A DNA stretch of 64,000 nucleotides from Rebecca billardiae RCC1528 (Eukaryota; Protista; Haptophyta): NCBI GenBank assembly GCA_965240325.2, contig OZ251239.1, positions 930,001 to 994,000 on the forward strand, given 5' to 3'. Shown here piece after piece: positions 46,001 to 56,498 of the stretch. Within the stretch, counting starts at the first letter, position 1. The number at the start of each line of letters is the position of its first letter. A program made the translations under genes and the position numbers. The notes under the pieces were generated by a model, which saw nothing but the letters and a program-made list of their open reading frames with translations, did not search any database and was not told where the DNA came from.

Positions 46001-47974
46001 CACCCCCCAGCGCCGCTGCGCGGCCGCCTCGCCGCCCGCGTCCGCGGACTGGTACGCGTGCACCGTGCGCAGGAGGCCGCCACCCTCATCCAGCAAGGGC
46101 ATGGACGCATCGCCGTCCCCGCCGAGGCCTGCGTGCTGCAGCACGTACTCGCGCAACGGGCCAACCAGCACGCCCATGTCCATGTCCAAACGCTGCGGTG
46201 CCGCAGCGGCGGCACCAAACGCGGCCTGCAGCGCGCGCCCAACCGCGGTGTTATGCGCGAGCATGTCGTCGAGGCTGGGCGCGGGCGCCGCCGCAGGCGT
46301 CGGCGCCAGCGCGTCGCCCAGCGGCGGCTCGCCTGCAGGCGGCAGCGCGCGCGGCACCACCACGGCGGAGGCAGGGCGCATCGCGCCCGACGCCGCGCTC
46401 GTCACCTCGTCGCGCCACGGCGCAGCGGCGCCCACGACAGCGTGCGCACCGCACAGCGTCAGCACCAGCGTCACTGGCGGCTGCGAGACGGCCGCGCCGG
46501 CCACGAGGGCCTGCGCGAAGGTGGCGTCGAGCAAGGGGTGCAGACGCGCGCCCTCGCCGACGTGCACCAGCGCGGGCGCGAGCGGGATGACCACTGCCCA
46601 CACGGTGCGCTCGGCGATGGTGGAGGCGGCCCGCAGCAACGGCCGCGCCAGCCACCCTTCGCGCAGCGAGCCGTCCTCGCACGCGGCCACAAAGGCCGCA
46701 AGACCGGCGTGGCCGTCGGCGACCACGGCAGCACGCAGCCTGACGGCGGCTGCGCGCACGGCGGCGTCACGTCCAGCGGCGGCGCCGGACGTGGCAGCGC
46801 GCGGCGCTCCATCTGCCGCCACCCCTTCGCCGGCCCCCACGACGGCCTGCGAGACGGCGCCGAGCCACGCCAAGCGGGCGCTCTCGAGTTCCGCACGCAG
46901 CTGCTGGTCGCGCCAGCGTGCCTGCTCAGCCGACGCGGGAACGAACGCGCGCGGCTGCGCCGGCACGGGCGCGCAGAGCGCGCGTACGGCAGCGTACGCC
47001 TGCGTGCGCAGCTCCGCCGCTCGCGCACGCAGCGCGTCCGCGCAGAGGCTGCTGCGGCCTGCTGGCCACGACGCCACGCGCTCGAAGGCGACGAACAGAG
47101 GCTCGGACTGGCCAGCGTCCGCGCCGAAGACGGCGCGCGCGTAGTACATCACCGCCTCGGACGGGCATGACAGCGGCGGGCACGGGGGGGGCGCGCCCGT
47201 CCAAGCGCCCGACGGCGCCGCCGCCGCCGCCGTCGTCGCCGGGAGCACGTCGTCGACGCCTCCGCCAGTCCCAGCACCTGGGCGGGCATCCGGACGGGGG
47301 GCGCACAACGCCGCCAGAGCCAGCTTCGTCCGGAACGGAGCGGCGGCCCAGGCCGCACGCACTGCCCACGCGCATGCGCCCTGCGCGTGCTCAGCGGCGC
47401 GTGCGTGCTGCCCTGGGGTCGGCGCCGAGGACGACGGCGACAGCGACTCCGCGCCACCCGAGCGGCGCGCGTGGGACGTGCCTGCGGGCGGCGGCGCCGG
47501 TTTCCCTCCGAGCGCCGCTGCGGACGCCGTCAGTCGCGCCGTCTCCGCGAAACTGCCCTCCTCCGCCAGAGCCCCGTCGGCGGAAGCACCACAGGCAGCG
47601 CGCACGGCGATCTGCGCGACGGCCCTGAACCAAAGGGCCGCCGCGCACACGCGCGCCACCGAGTCCGCGCGCTCACGCAGCGCGTCCGGGTGCGAAGCCA
47701 ACAACTCCGCACACTCCACCACAGTGAGCAGCGCGTCGGCGCCGCTGCCACCCCATACGCGCGGCACTGTGACCTGCGCGGCGGCGGCGCCAAGGCCCAC
47801 GTCGGTGCTGTGGACCACGCCGAGGGTGCACAGCACCAGACCAAAGGTGAACGTCCACGGGGCTGCTGCCGAGGAGAACTGCAGCGTGCACAACGCGTCG
47901 TCAGCCGCTGCGATCACCGCGTCCACGAGCAGCAGGTCGTCCTGACTGCTGGGGCCGGCGGACACATGCCGCAT
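37068..47974 (-). CDS. Multidomain MULE transposase, ~3598 aa if only intron 42819-42710 is spliced: 2OG-Fe(II) oxygenase, MuDR Zn finger, DDE, SWIM, PHD, HhH, degenerate OTU, OTU
   Basis: A 110-nt GTGCGC..CGCAG intron joins the two ORFs in frame: FSDACFL..AG|MLFVTLAVNAN..ISDGQKGL..CTFH..TSAPAESF. Also CPTPGC..HGSMC, RCC..LPCMH, CCAC..CQGCACFIH..C..CTCC, IPGIG, VPGDGDCYF..CHF and WHVD..HHRS. Confidence 0.85.
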
Positions 47975-48304
47975 GCCCGCCTGCGCGGTACGTGCCAGCA
48001 CGTGCGGCGGAGAGGCAAACGCAGGCGCGCGCGAGCACACACACGGGGCACATCGTCAGACAGGGGACGGGGGCGCATGGGAGTGGTGCGGTGTGCGCGC
48101 GCGCGGCGGCGCACGCCACCAACATCGCTGCCGACCACACACACCCGCCCCGGCCCACCGCGACCTCGCACCATTCACGAATCACGAGTGCGACTTGCCT
48201 GCTCGTCGCGGCCGGCGACCGTCGACGCCTCAGACCGACTCGGATGCGAGAAGGGGGAACTCCTGCGAGGGGAGGCCGCAGGGAACAAGAACGGTCGGTG
48301 CGTG

Positions 48305-48794
48305 TGCGCGATGCGCCGCGCGCGACCGCGCGGCGCGCGCACGACGCCCGCGCGCGTGGAAGGCGTACCCCCTTAACGTCGTGCTCACGCCCAGCCCTCC
48401 CTCGTGGCGAGCTCGGGAGCAAGTTTTGCGGCGCGCCCCCCGGCGTCGCATTTCTCTAACTAATTGACGAGCAACGTTCCGGCGGCGGTCCGGGCGGGAG
48501 GAGTCGACGGCGTCGTTTCGTCGCGGGTGGGCGTCAGGCTGCGCGCAATACGAAAGTGCCCACCCCCGCTCATTAGGGTACTCCGCCCGAATACAAGGCG
48601 GGCGTTCGCGCCGGTTCGCCGCGAGCGGTATCTTCCGCGTTGCGGGCGAGCGGCGCCATTTGCTCGCTCCCGAAGCTTCTGGCCGTCGGAAAACTGGCGG
48701 GGGTGCCAGTCCGGAAATCGCCGTGCTGAGATGCGGAGGTTTGTCGGAGTTCTGGTTGCTCGGTCGGTCCTCGTCGGACTTCCGGAGGATTCCC
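48305..48794 (-). repeat. Right TIR of the MULE
   Basis: Reverse complement of 31029-31518. Confidence 0.93.
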
Positions 48795-49206
48795 TTGAAT
48801 CTATCCGCGCTTTTCGTGGACGCGGTTCGCCTCGCACACCTCGCGGGAACCGTTCAGGCTCACTTTTGTGGTTGCGCCCCACTCATGAGTGAGTAAGACG
48901 TGTTCCTCAGAGGCTTCTCATGATCCACTTAGATCACTTTAGATGCAGTTCGTCAGCTATCGGGTACAAGTGTTATTACCTACCGTATGAATTGAGCTGC
49001 TGGGCGAGACTTTGGCGTTACTTACATGTCGAGTCAAGATGCAACTTGGAGACTGCATGCATGCGCGGGTGATCCCTAGACTGATAGTGACGGCTTTGTA
49101 ACGACGCAGGACTTTGCTCCTAGAGGACGCACGACCGGTCCAAGGGCGGGAAATTTTCGGAGGCATGTTCCGTTGACCGGGCCCACCGGAGCGCTCGCGG
49201 CGATCA

Positions 49207-50331
49207 ATGCCGCCATCATCGCGCGAGCTCGACTTGAGCCACTGGCACGAGGAGGCCAGCGTGCGCGCGCGCGTGTGCGCCATCGGCATCAGCTCGGCGC
49301 AGGCGCTGGCCTCCGCGTCGATTGTGCTCGTCCTGACCACGGACAACGGCGCGCCGCCCTCCTCGCGCACGCGCACGGCGTGCGTCGTGCTCGCGTTGCT
49401 CGCGTGCCTCGCGTCCACGCTGCACGCCGTGCTGCAGCCGAGCGAGCGCGCGCGCGCGCATGCGATTGCAAGCTTCGCGTACGGCGATGTCCATCGGATC
49501 ACGACTGACCCCGAAGCGCCGGCGAGCCTCGAGCAGCAGCTGGAGAATGCCGAGCGATGGATCCGCGTCATCACCGGAGTCGGCACGGCGCGGCCGACGC
49601 GCTACGGCTGCACACGTCCTCAGCACCAGCGGGCCTCGCGCACGGAGGCGGGCACGCGCGAGCCAACGCCAACGCAGCCCAAGCGCCCCTCGCGCGCCCG
49701 AGTGCACCCGCTCCTCTCGCCCCAGTCGGCTCTGCACGACTCGATCACCTCGGCGCATGCGCTCTACGCGCAGACGGCGCGCCGCCTCCAACGCCGTGGC
49801 CGCGAGCACGACGTCGAGGCGGATGGCGCGGAGCGGCAGGCCGTCGAGGGCGTCTCGACTCGGCCCGAGTACGAAGCGGTGCTGCGCGCGCCGGAGAACG
49901 CGATGGGTGAGAGCTGGGCCGACATGGACCGGCGCAGCACGCCGCCCTTTGAGCGCCAGCGGCCACAGCCGGCGCGCGCCGCGCCCGCGGCCGCGCGGCT
50001 CGTCCAGTCGCGGCCGGTGACCGGTGCGAGCCACGTGCCGAGCTACACGACCGACGCCGAGGCCTCGTTCCGACCCACCATCGTACGTTGGCAGCCGACG
50101 CCCGCGCCGCAGCTCGACCACCCCCGCGCGCGTCTGGCCGCACAGCGCTCGCCCCGCCAGCCCCGGCTGCCGCCCGTGTTTGTGCCGCGGGGTCCCAACA
50201 CGCCCACGCCGGTCCCGCTCACGCTGCAGCCTTCGAGCGAGTCGGGCAAGGCAGGCTCGAACGTGGAAGACGAGACATGGACGACCACCGCGGTGGAAAC
50301 CCCCGCATCGTCGGCGGCGGGCCTCATCTGA
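49207..50331 (+). CDS. Two-TM protein with a SLATT-like N-terminal domain and disordered C-terminus, 374 aa
   Basis: WHEEAS..(TM1 AIGISSAQALASASIVLVLT)..(TM2 ACVVLALLACLASTLHAVL)QPSERARAH..AS..YGD, resembling the SLATT post-TM2 P.E.A..H.....Y pattern. Confidence 0.55.
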   Translation: MPPSSRELDLSHWHEEASVRARVCAIGISSAQALASASIVLVLTTDNGAPPSSRTRTACVVLALLACLASTLHAVLQPSERARAHAIASFAYGDVHRITTDPEAPASLEQQLENAERWIRVITGVGTARPTRYGCTRPQHQRASRTEAGTREPTPTQPKRPSRARVHPLLSPQSALHDSITSAHALYAQTARRLQRRGREHDVEADGAERQAVEGVSTRPEYEAVLRAPENAMGESWADMDRRSTPPFERQRPQPARAAPAAARLVQSRPVTGASHVPSYTTDAEASFRPTIVRWQPTPAPQLDHPRARLAAQRSPRQPRLPPVFVPRGPNTPTPVPLTLQPSSESGKAGSNVEDETWTTTAVETPASSAAGLI

Positions 50332-50355
50332 CGACTGCGGGACTCATCAGACTGA

Positions 50356-50926
50356 CGGAGCGTTGCGCCAGCTGGACAAACGCGAGGACGCTAGCTTTCG
50401 TAGATCACGAAGCTACGGAGGGCCTCTGACGAGAGTCGCCTTCGGATCGGGGCCCTCACCCGCTGTGCCGCATCGGCGCACGCTCGGCGGGCTACGTTTG
50501 CGCACGCCGTGCAGCTCGCGGTGCGTGCGTGTCGGCTAGCTGGCACACTGCTCCTGACGCACAAGTCGAATGACCGCAGCTGGGATGCCCTTTCGCGCGG
50601 CAAGGACGCGTGCGAGGCCGGTCGCTGCGGCCGAGCGGCGTGACCGTGCCGCCTGCACGCTGGGCGCCCATGGACGTGGCTTCGCCGCGCGCGCTGAGGC
50701 TGGCGAGCGTCGCGACCGAGTTCCACGACGCGTGCGACGCGCCATCTGCCCGCTTCCGTGCCTCCGACGCACGTTTTATGCGGGCAACGGCCATCGCCCG
50801 CCCATGCGGCGGCGAAGCCGCCATCCGCCGCGCTTTGCCGTTGGACAGAGCGCAGAACATTTCGTTTTGAAAAGCGCAGATCTGAAAAGACCGGAAGGCG
50901 TTTGTCCAGCTGGCGCAACGCCCCTG
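50356..50926. mobile_element. Candidate MITE, ~570 bp
   Basis: Perfect 24-bp inverted repeat gcgttgcgccagctggacaaacgc at 50360-50383 and 50898-50921; possible TGA duplication at 50353-50355 and 50927-50929. Confidence 0.55.
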
Positions 50927-51412
50927 TGATGACGACTTCGGTGGCACGCGGGCGCGGAGTGCAGGGCGGAGCGCGGAGCGTGGAGCCCGCGCCGCGGGCC
51001 CTCCGTATGCAGGGTTTTCGGTGAGCTTTGGGGTGGCCTCATCAACTTCCAACAAAATCACCCGCCTCATCACGGAGCTACTGATCGCCGCGCCTGTCGG
51101 AGCAGCTGTGTGCGTCTCCGATCGTCGTATTCTGCTGAGCAGTATTGAGTATTAACACTAAAACTGTACAGTAGTCTGTACAGGTAGGCTGAGTTGGACG
51201 CTCGGCGGACGGCAAAGATGTGCGTGACTGCGTGCCGCAGTGAGGGCAACATACCCGCGCGAGCTGCCAAGAAAAGGCAGCTCGCCTGGCTTGCATCGGC
51301 GTGGAAGAGCCTAGCGTGGTGCTCTGGTCTAGGCTTGCTGGCGAGAGCGTCCGACTGGGACGCCAACGTCGGAGCTGTGGCAGTGCAGGAAGAGGCGCTC
51401 ACTTGAATTTCA

Positions 51413-53398
51413 GGCAGACCCCTTATAACGGGGGTGAACCCCAATTTTATTGCTCCGGCGGCCGCAGAGGGAGGAGGAGGGAAGGAGGAGGAGAGGAGAG
51501 GAGAAGAGAGAAGGAAGGAAGGAGGAGGAGAGACAAAGGGAGCTTGATGCTGTCGCCATTGGCATGTGCCATTCGCGACATTTTTGGCGCAAGGCGCGGC
51601 GGCACTCGTTCGCGGCACCCGCCGGCGCCACACGCGGCGGCGCGCTCTCCGCCGTGCGCACCGCCGTGGCGTGCGCCATCATCGGCTCGCGGCGCGCCTC
51701 TGCACCGGCGGCGCTGCGTTGTGCCCCGCAGCTGCTGCACCCAAGCAGGGCGGCGGTGCAGCCGGCGCACGCGTACCACCCGCGTCAAACCGGGCCGTGC
51801 ATACGCTGCCCGCACACCGGCTTGAGCCGCGGCGCAGCTCGGACGTGGGCGTGGGCGTGAAGACGCCCGAGCCAGTGCGCCCGCCTGGCCGTCAACGCTC
51901 AGCCGCGCGCGCCGTCGCCACCGTGAGCGTCGGCGTCGGCGACTCGCCACCGACGCTGAGCGCCGCGGGCGCGGGCGCGGGCTCAGGCGCGCTGCCGCCC
52001 GCCGCTGTTGGCACGGCGCTCGACGTGTCGAGCGGGCGCAGGCACACCCCCTAGACGCGCGCCAACTTGCTCGAATGCATCACGACGTCCCCAATGATGC
52101 CCGCCGCGCCGCCCGCGCACGGCTCAATCCTCTTCTGTCTGGGCGGCCTCGCGCCCACGCCACCGCGCAAGCGCGCGGTCGCGGCGTCGATGCGGTACGC
52201 GGGCGCGCTCGTGCGCGCGAGCGGAGGCGAGCGGCGCAGGCCGGGCAGCGTGAGTGCCGCACGCTTGTGCGTCGACAGCGCCGCGGTCGTCCTCGGGCGC
52301 GGCATCGCCTCCAGCCTCAGCCTTGGCGGGGCTGCGCGCGCCTGCTCCTCCTCTGTCAATGCCAAGCATGGCACACGCCTTTGCCATCGTGCGCACGCGT
52401 GACGGCAGCAGCGCCCTGGCGCCATTCGCCCCCACTGGCTGCCCGCGCAAACACGGACGACCTCAGGCCGCTTCTCTGCCCACGCCCCACACGCGGCCTC
52501 CTCGTCGGGCGCATGAGACTGCCCGTGCAACAATGCGAATGTTTGTCACCAAAGGCGCGGCAGCACGGCCCCACCCATCGGCTTTCTCCTCTTCGACCTT
52601 GTCGTCCGCCGTCTGTGTTTGATGTCGGCGAGACCCGGTCCGCTCATCATCAACACGCCCGGCCACGTATCAGTGCGGCGCTGGCCGCCGGCAGAGCCTA
52701 CGACGCGCACAGACTCGCGCTCTTGGCACTCGACCATGTGAGCATGGCTCCGCCCATCAAGCCTTCGACTGGCCGTTCGAGCCGTGATGGCATGGTCGCG
52801 CTTGCCCGTTGCCGCCGATCGACATCGGTGCGCGGCCGCCGGTGCAGCGGCAAAGTCGGGAGTAGATAACGCGTCTACTATTATTATTCATGGGCGGCTC
52901 AGCTTTGATTACAGATCGGGCTCGATTTTGATTACGAAAGATGGTTCTTTGATCTTTTCCATATGTAGGTGCACACATCAGCTAGTGGCCGATATGCACA
53001 TTTGGTGTTGCGACCCCGCGCCAGCAAGTACTTTAGATATGCTTTTTGCGTTGCGACCCCGTGCCAGCGGGTACTTTGAATACGCTTCTCGCGTTGCGAC
53101 CCCGTGCCAGCGGGTACTTTGAATACACTTTTCGCGTTGCGACCCCGTGCCAGCGGGTACTTTGAATACGCTTCTCGCGTTGCGACCCCGTGCCAGCGGG
53201 TACTTTGAATACGCTTTTGCGTTGCGACCCCGTGCCAGTGAGTACTTTGAATACGCTTTTGCGTTGCGACCTCGGGCAACATCTTGTAGGACGCAATATC
53301 CCGACCCCGCGCCAGTGAGCTTCTCCCTATCAAACATTTTCATATGTTTTGATCATACGGGACCCCGTGCCACTCACCCCCGGTACAAAGGGTCTGCC
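51413..53398. mobile_element. Non-autonomous TIR element with 8-bp TSD, Merlin-like, 1986 bp
   Basis: TIR GGCAGACCCcTTaTAaCGGGGGTGA versus GGCAGACCCtTTgTAcCGGGGGTGA; TSD GAATTTCA at 51405-51412 and 53399-53406; GG termini; subterminal tandem repeats. Confidence 0.8.
53007..53280. repeat. 42-43-bp tandem repeat, ~6 copies (gttgcgaccccgtgccagcgggtactttgaatacgcttytcgc)
   Basis: Contiguous units without spacers; partial gacccc motifs continue to ~53373. Confidence 0.9.
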
Positions 53399-55217
53399 GA
53401 ATTTCATCAGCATCGTCTTGCTCGTGGCGTAGTCACGATCTTGAAGGTCGTCGGGTACAGTCATGCCACTCCATGGCTAGTGAGAGCGCATGGCATCGTG
53501 AGCAGCAGTCGCGGGCTGCTACGTATTGTAACGAAATCTCGCCTGCCTGAGCTGTGTGCGTCTCTTATGACTTATTCTTAGACCTAGTAAACTGTGTGTG
53601 CGATGACGATGGCGCGGCAACCTGCCACCGTGAGCCTTACGCACGTTAAGGTTGTCCTGGGAATCCGGACGCCGCCCGCCGAACCGTTCGAACAGCATGG
53701 CGCCGCCGCCCGGCGCACGCGCAAGGACACGCCGCAGGAGGACCTGGGCGTGATATGCCGCGATTTCGCGCGCGAGGCGGTGCGCGTGAGGAGCATGCGC
53801 ACCGGAGGAGACCTCACAGACGCGCGCGACATGGACAACGACTGCGCAAGGCATCTGAGTTGATGACCGAGGCCGAGAAGTGCCGGAGCCATCAACGACA
53901 ACGACAAGTGGATCAAGCAGGCGAACACCACCATCAAGCACGAGCGAGAGGTCATTCGGGATGTCGGCAAGCTTCGTACAGCATATCTCGAAGGCGCCGC
54001 CGCACGCCTCGCGCGCTGTGCCAAGTGCAGCCGCATGGCTGAGGCTCCCGAGGGGCTGCGCTCGCTTGCCGTCCCGTGACGGAGGGCACGACATCGACAC
54101 GGGCGGGCTCAACACCGCCAACCGCCCGCCGGGGCAGGCCGACGAGACCCAGAAGCATGCGTTGTACTCATCGGACGCGCTCGGCGCACTCTCAGGTCGT
54201 GTTGGGCGCCCATGCGCGCGCGCGTGCTGCTACGAGCACCACGACAAGCCCAAGCGTGCACTCGGCGGCATGCGCGTGAGCCCTGTAGCTCCGTCAGACG
54301 CCCGTGACATGGTGTCACGGACGTGCTCGCCGCAAACAATTGCAACGAAACCCGGGCGCGGACGGGCTCCCGGGTCCGAAATTTGGACGGAAGTTGGATA
54401 TATTAGGACCCACATTTCCTAAAATTGGGCCATATTGGGCTGTTACTTAACAGATATTCGCATTTAATTTTATGTCCGACTTCCGTCCAAATTTCGGACC
54501 CCGGAGCCCGTCCGCGCCCGGGTTTCGTTGCAATTGTTTGCGGCGAGCACGTCCGTGACACCATGTCACGGGCGTCTGACGGAGCTACAGGGCTCACGCG
54601 CATGCCGCCGAGTGCACGCTTGGGCTTGTCGTGGTGCTCGTAGCAGCACGCGCGCGCGCGTGGGCGCCCAACACGACCTGAGAGTGCGCCGAGCGCGTCC
54701 GATGAGTACAACGCATGCTTCTGGGTCTCGTCGGCCTGCCCCGGCGGGCGGTTGGCGGTGTTGAGCCCGCCCGTATCGATGTCGTGCCCTCCGTCGTGGG
54801 ACGACGCAAGCGAGCACAGCCCCTCGGGAGCCTCAGCCATGCGGCTGCACTTGGCACAGCGCGCGAGGCGTGCGGCGGCGCCTTCGAGATATGCTGTACG
54901 AAGCTTGCCGACATCCCGAATGACCTCTCGCTCGTGCTTGATGGTGGTGTTCGCCTGCTTGATCCACTTGTCGTTGTCGTTGATGGCTCCGGCACTTCTC
55001 GGCCTCGGTCATCAACTCAGATGCCTTGCGCAGGTCGTTGTCCATGTCGCGCGCGTCTGTGAGGTCTCCTCCGGTGCGCATGCTCCTCGCGCGCACCGCC
55101 TCGCGCGCGAAATCGCGGCATATCACGCCCAGGTCCTCCTGCGGCGTGTCCTTGCGCGTGCGCCGGGCGGCGGCGCCATGCTGTTCGAACGGTTCGGCGG
55201 GCGGCGTCCGGATTCCC

Positions 55218-56429
55218 CAGGGACCGTCGCTCGCACTTTCCGCGGCTGCGAGTAGAGTGAACTCGCACTCGCACTTTTGAGGGGACTTTGCGAGTGCACT
55301 GCGAGTTGAACTCGCAGGCCCACTGGGCGGAATGGGCGGCTGCGAGTGCGAGTGCGAGTAAACTCACTCGGAGTAAAGTGCGAGTCCCAACTCGCAAAGT
55401 GCGAGTCCCAACTCGCAAAGTGCGAGTCCCAACTGGCAACGTGTCCGGGGGCGCAGCCCCCGGACACGCCCAGCGGGGGGTCCGGGGGGCCTCCCCCGGG
55501 GCCCCGCCGGCCTGAGGCGAAGAAAATTTTTGGCCCTATTTGGCCCTATTAGAGCATGCCTTACACCCGACCCGCCGCCCTGACCACCCTGCCACCGCGC
55601 CTGCGTCGCCAGCTGTTTGTCGGCGCGCGACACCTTCTTGAAGCCCGCAGCGAGGAGGCCCGATTGCTTGAGCTGCTTCTCGACGGGCATACTCACCGAC
55701 ATGCCCACCTGCTGCATGGTCCGCTTCGCCCCCAGCGCTGCCTCGTCCGCCTTGATGGAGGCCTTCTTGCTGTACTCGGTCAGCGGGTGCATCGTCTTCA
55801 GGTGGTTGCCCGCGTTTGTGATCGTGAAGACCGACTTGCCCCCCTTCGAGCGCACCTTGTCGAGGGGGAGCGTGAAGCGCTGGCCGCATCCCGGCATGAC
55901 GCACACGTGCGTGTACAGCTTCGGGTTGCTCGACTGACTGCCCACCTGAACGTACGAGAAGTCGGTCGGCGCCGCTTGCGAGATGGGGTGGACGTGCGTC
56001 CACAAGAGCGAGACACCTTTGCCGTTGGGGGGCAGATCGAGCCAGGCCGGGTCGATCACCCCGCGCTGGTTCGACAGCGACCAGACGGTGATCTCGGCAG
56101 CCGGCGCCGACGCAGGCGCCGAAGCGACCGGCGCCGCCGATGAGCTCGCCATTTGCCGCCCTGGGCGGGGGCAGCGAGGCTTTGACGCTTTGTGACTCGC
56201 CTGCCGTGCAGGCGGTCACGAGGCCGCCCAGGGACTCGCACTTCTGCTCGCGCCAACTCGCATACTCGCGCTAGACCGCACCTTGCGAGTACCTTTGCGA
56301 GTTGACTCGCAAGCCCGCTGGGCCGGATCGGCGCCTTGCGAGCGCGAGTGCGAGTGCCCTGCTCGCACTCGCGCTCGCGCCCTGCTCGCACTCGCACCGC
56401 GAGTGCCTCGCTGCGAGCACCAGCCCCTG
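55218..56429 (-). mobile_element. Internally deleted hAT element, 1212 bp
   Basis: TIRs CAGGGACCGTCGCTCGCA / CAGGGGCTGGTGCTCGCA; 8-bp TSD GGATTCCC at 55210-55217 and 56430-56437; many ctcgca/tgcgag subterminal motifs. Confidence 0.88.
55364..56152 (-). pseudogene. Truncated hAT transposase N-terminus (BED zinc finger only)
   Basis: SLLWTHV..CVMPGC..TITNAGNHLKTMH; the ORF runs into subterminal repeats with no DDE core. Confidence 0.75.
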
Positions 56430-56498
56430 GGATTCCCAGACGACAACCTTAAAACAAATAAACTGTAACCGTCTCTGAAGGGGTGCCGTCCGGCCACG

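Larger units (their letters stand above)
31029..48794. mobile_element. Giant Mutator-like (MULE/MuDR) DNA transposon, 17,766 bp
   Basis: TIRs ~31029-31518 and ~48305-48794 (GGGAA...TTCCC); exact 9-bp TSD TTGAATCTA at 31020-31028 and 48795-48803; encodes a MULE DDE transposase. Confidence 0.95.
53650..56448. mobile_element. Foldback element with ~750-bp inverted arms, TTAA TSD and GG..CC ends (Kolobok-like), interrupted by a hAT
   Basis: TTAA at 53646-53649 and 56449-56452; ends GGTTGTC..GACAACC; 53657-54401 is the inverse of 54471-55217 with a ~70-bp spacer. Confidence 0.82.

Noticed and set aside
53007-53280. 43-bp repeat array as a CRISPR
   Set aside because: Units are contiguous with no unique spacers, there are no cas genes, and the array is subterminal to a TIR element in a eukaryote.
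53650-56448. piggyBac assignment
   Set aside because: TTAA fits, but termini are GG..CC rather than CC..GG and no piggyBac transposase is present.
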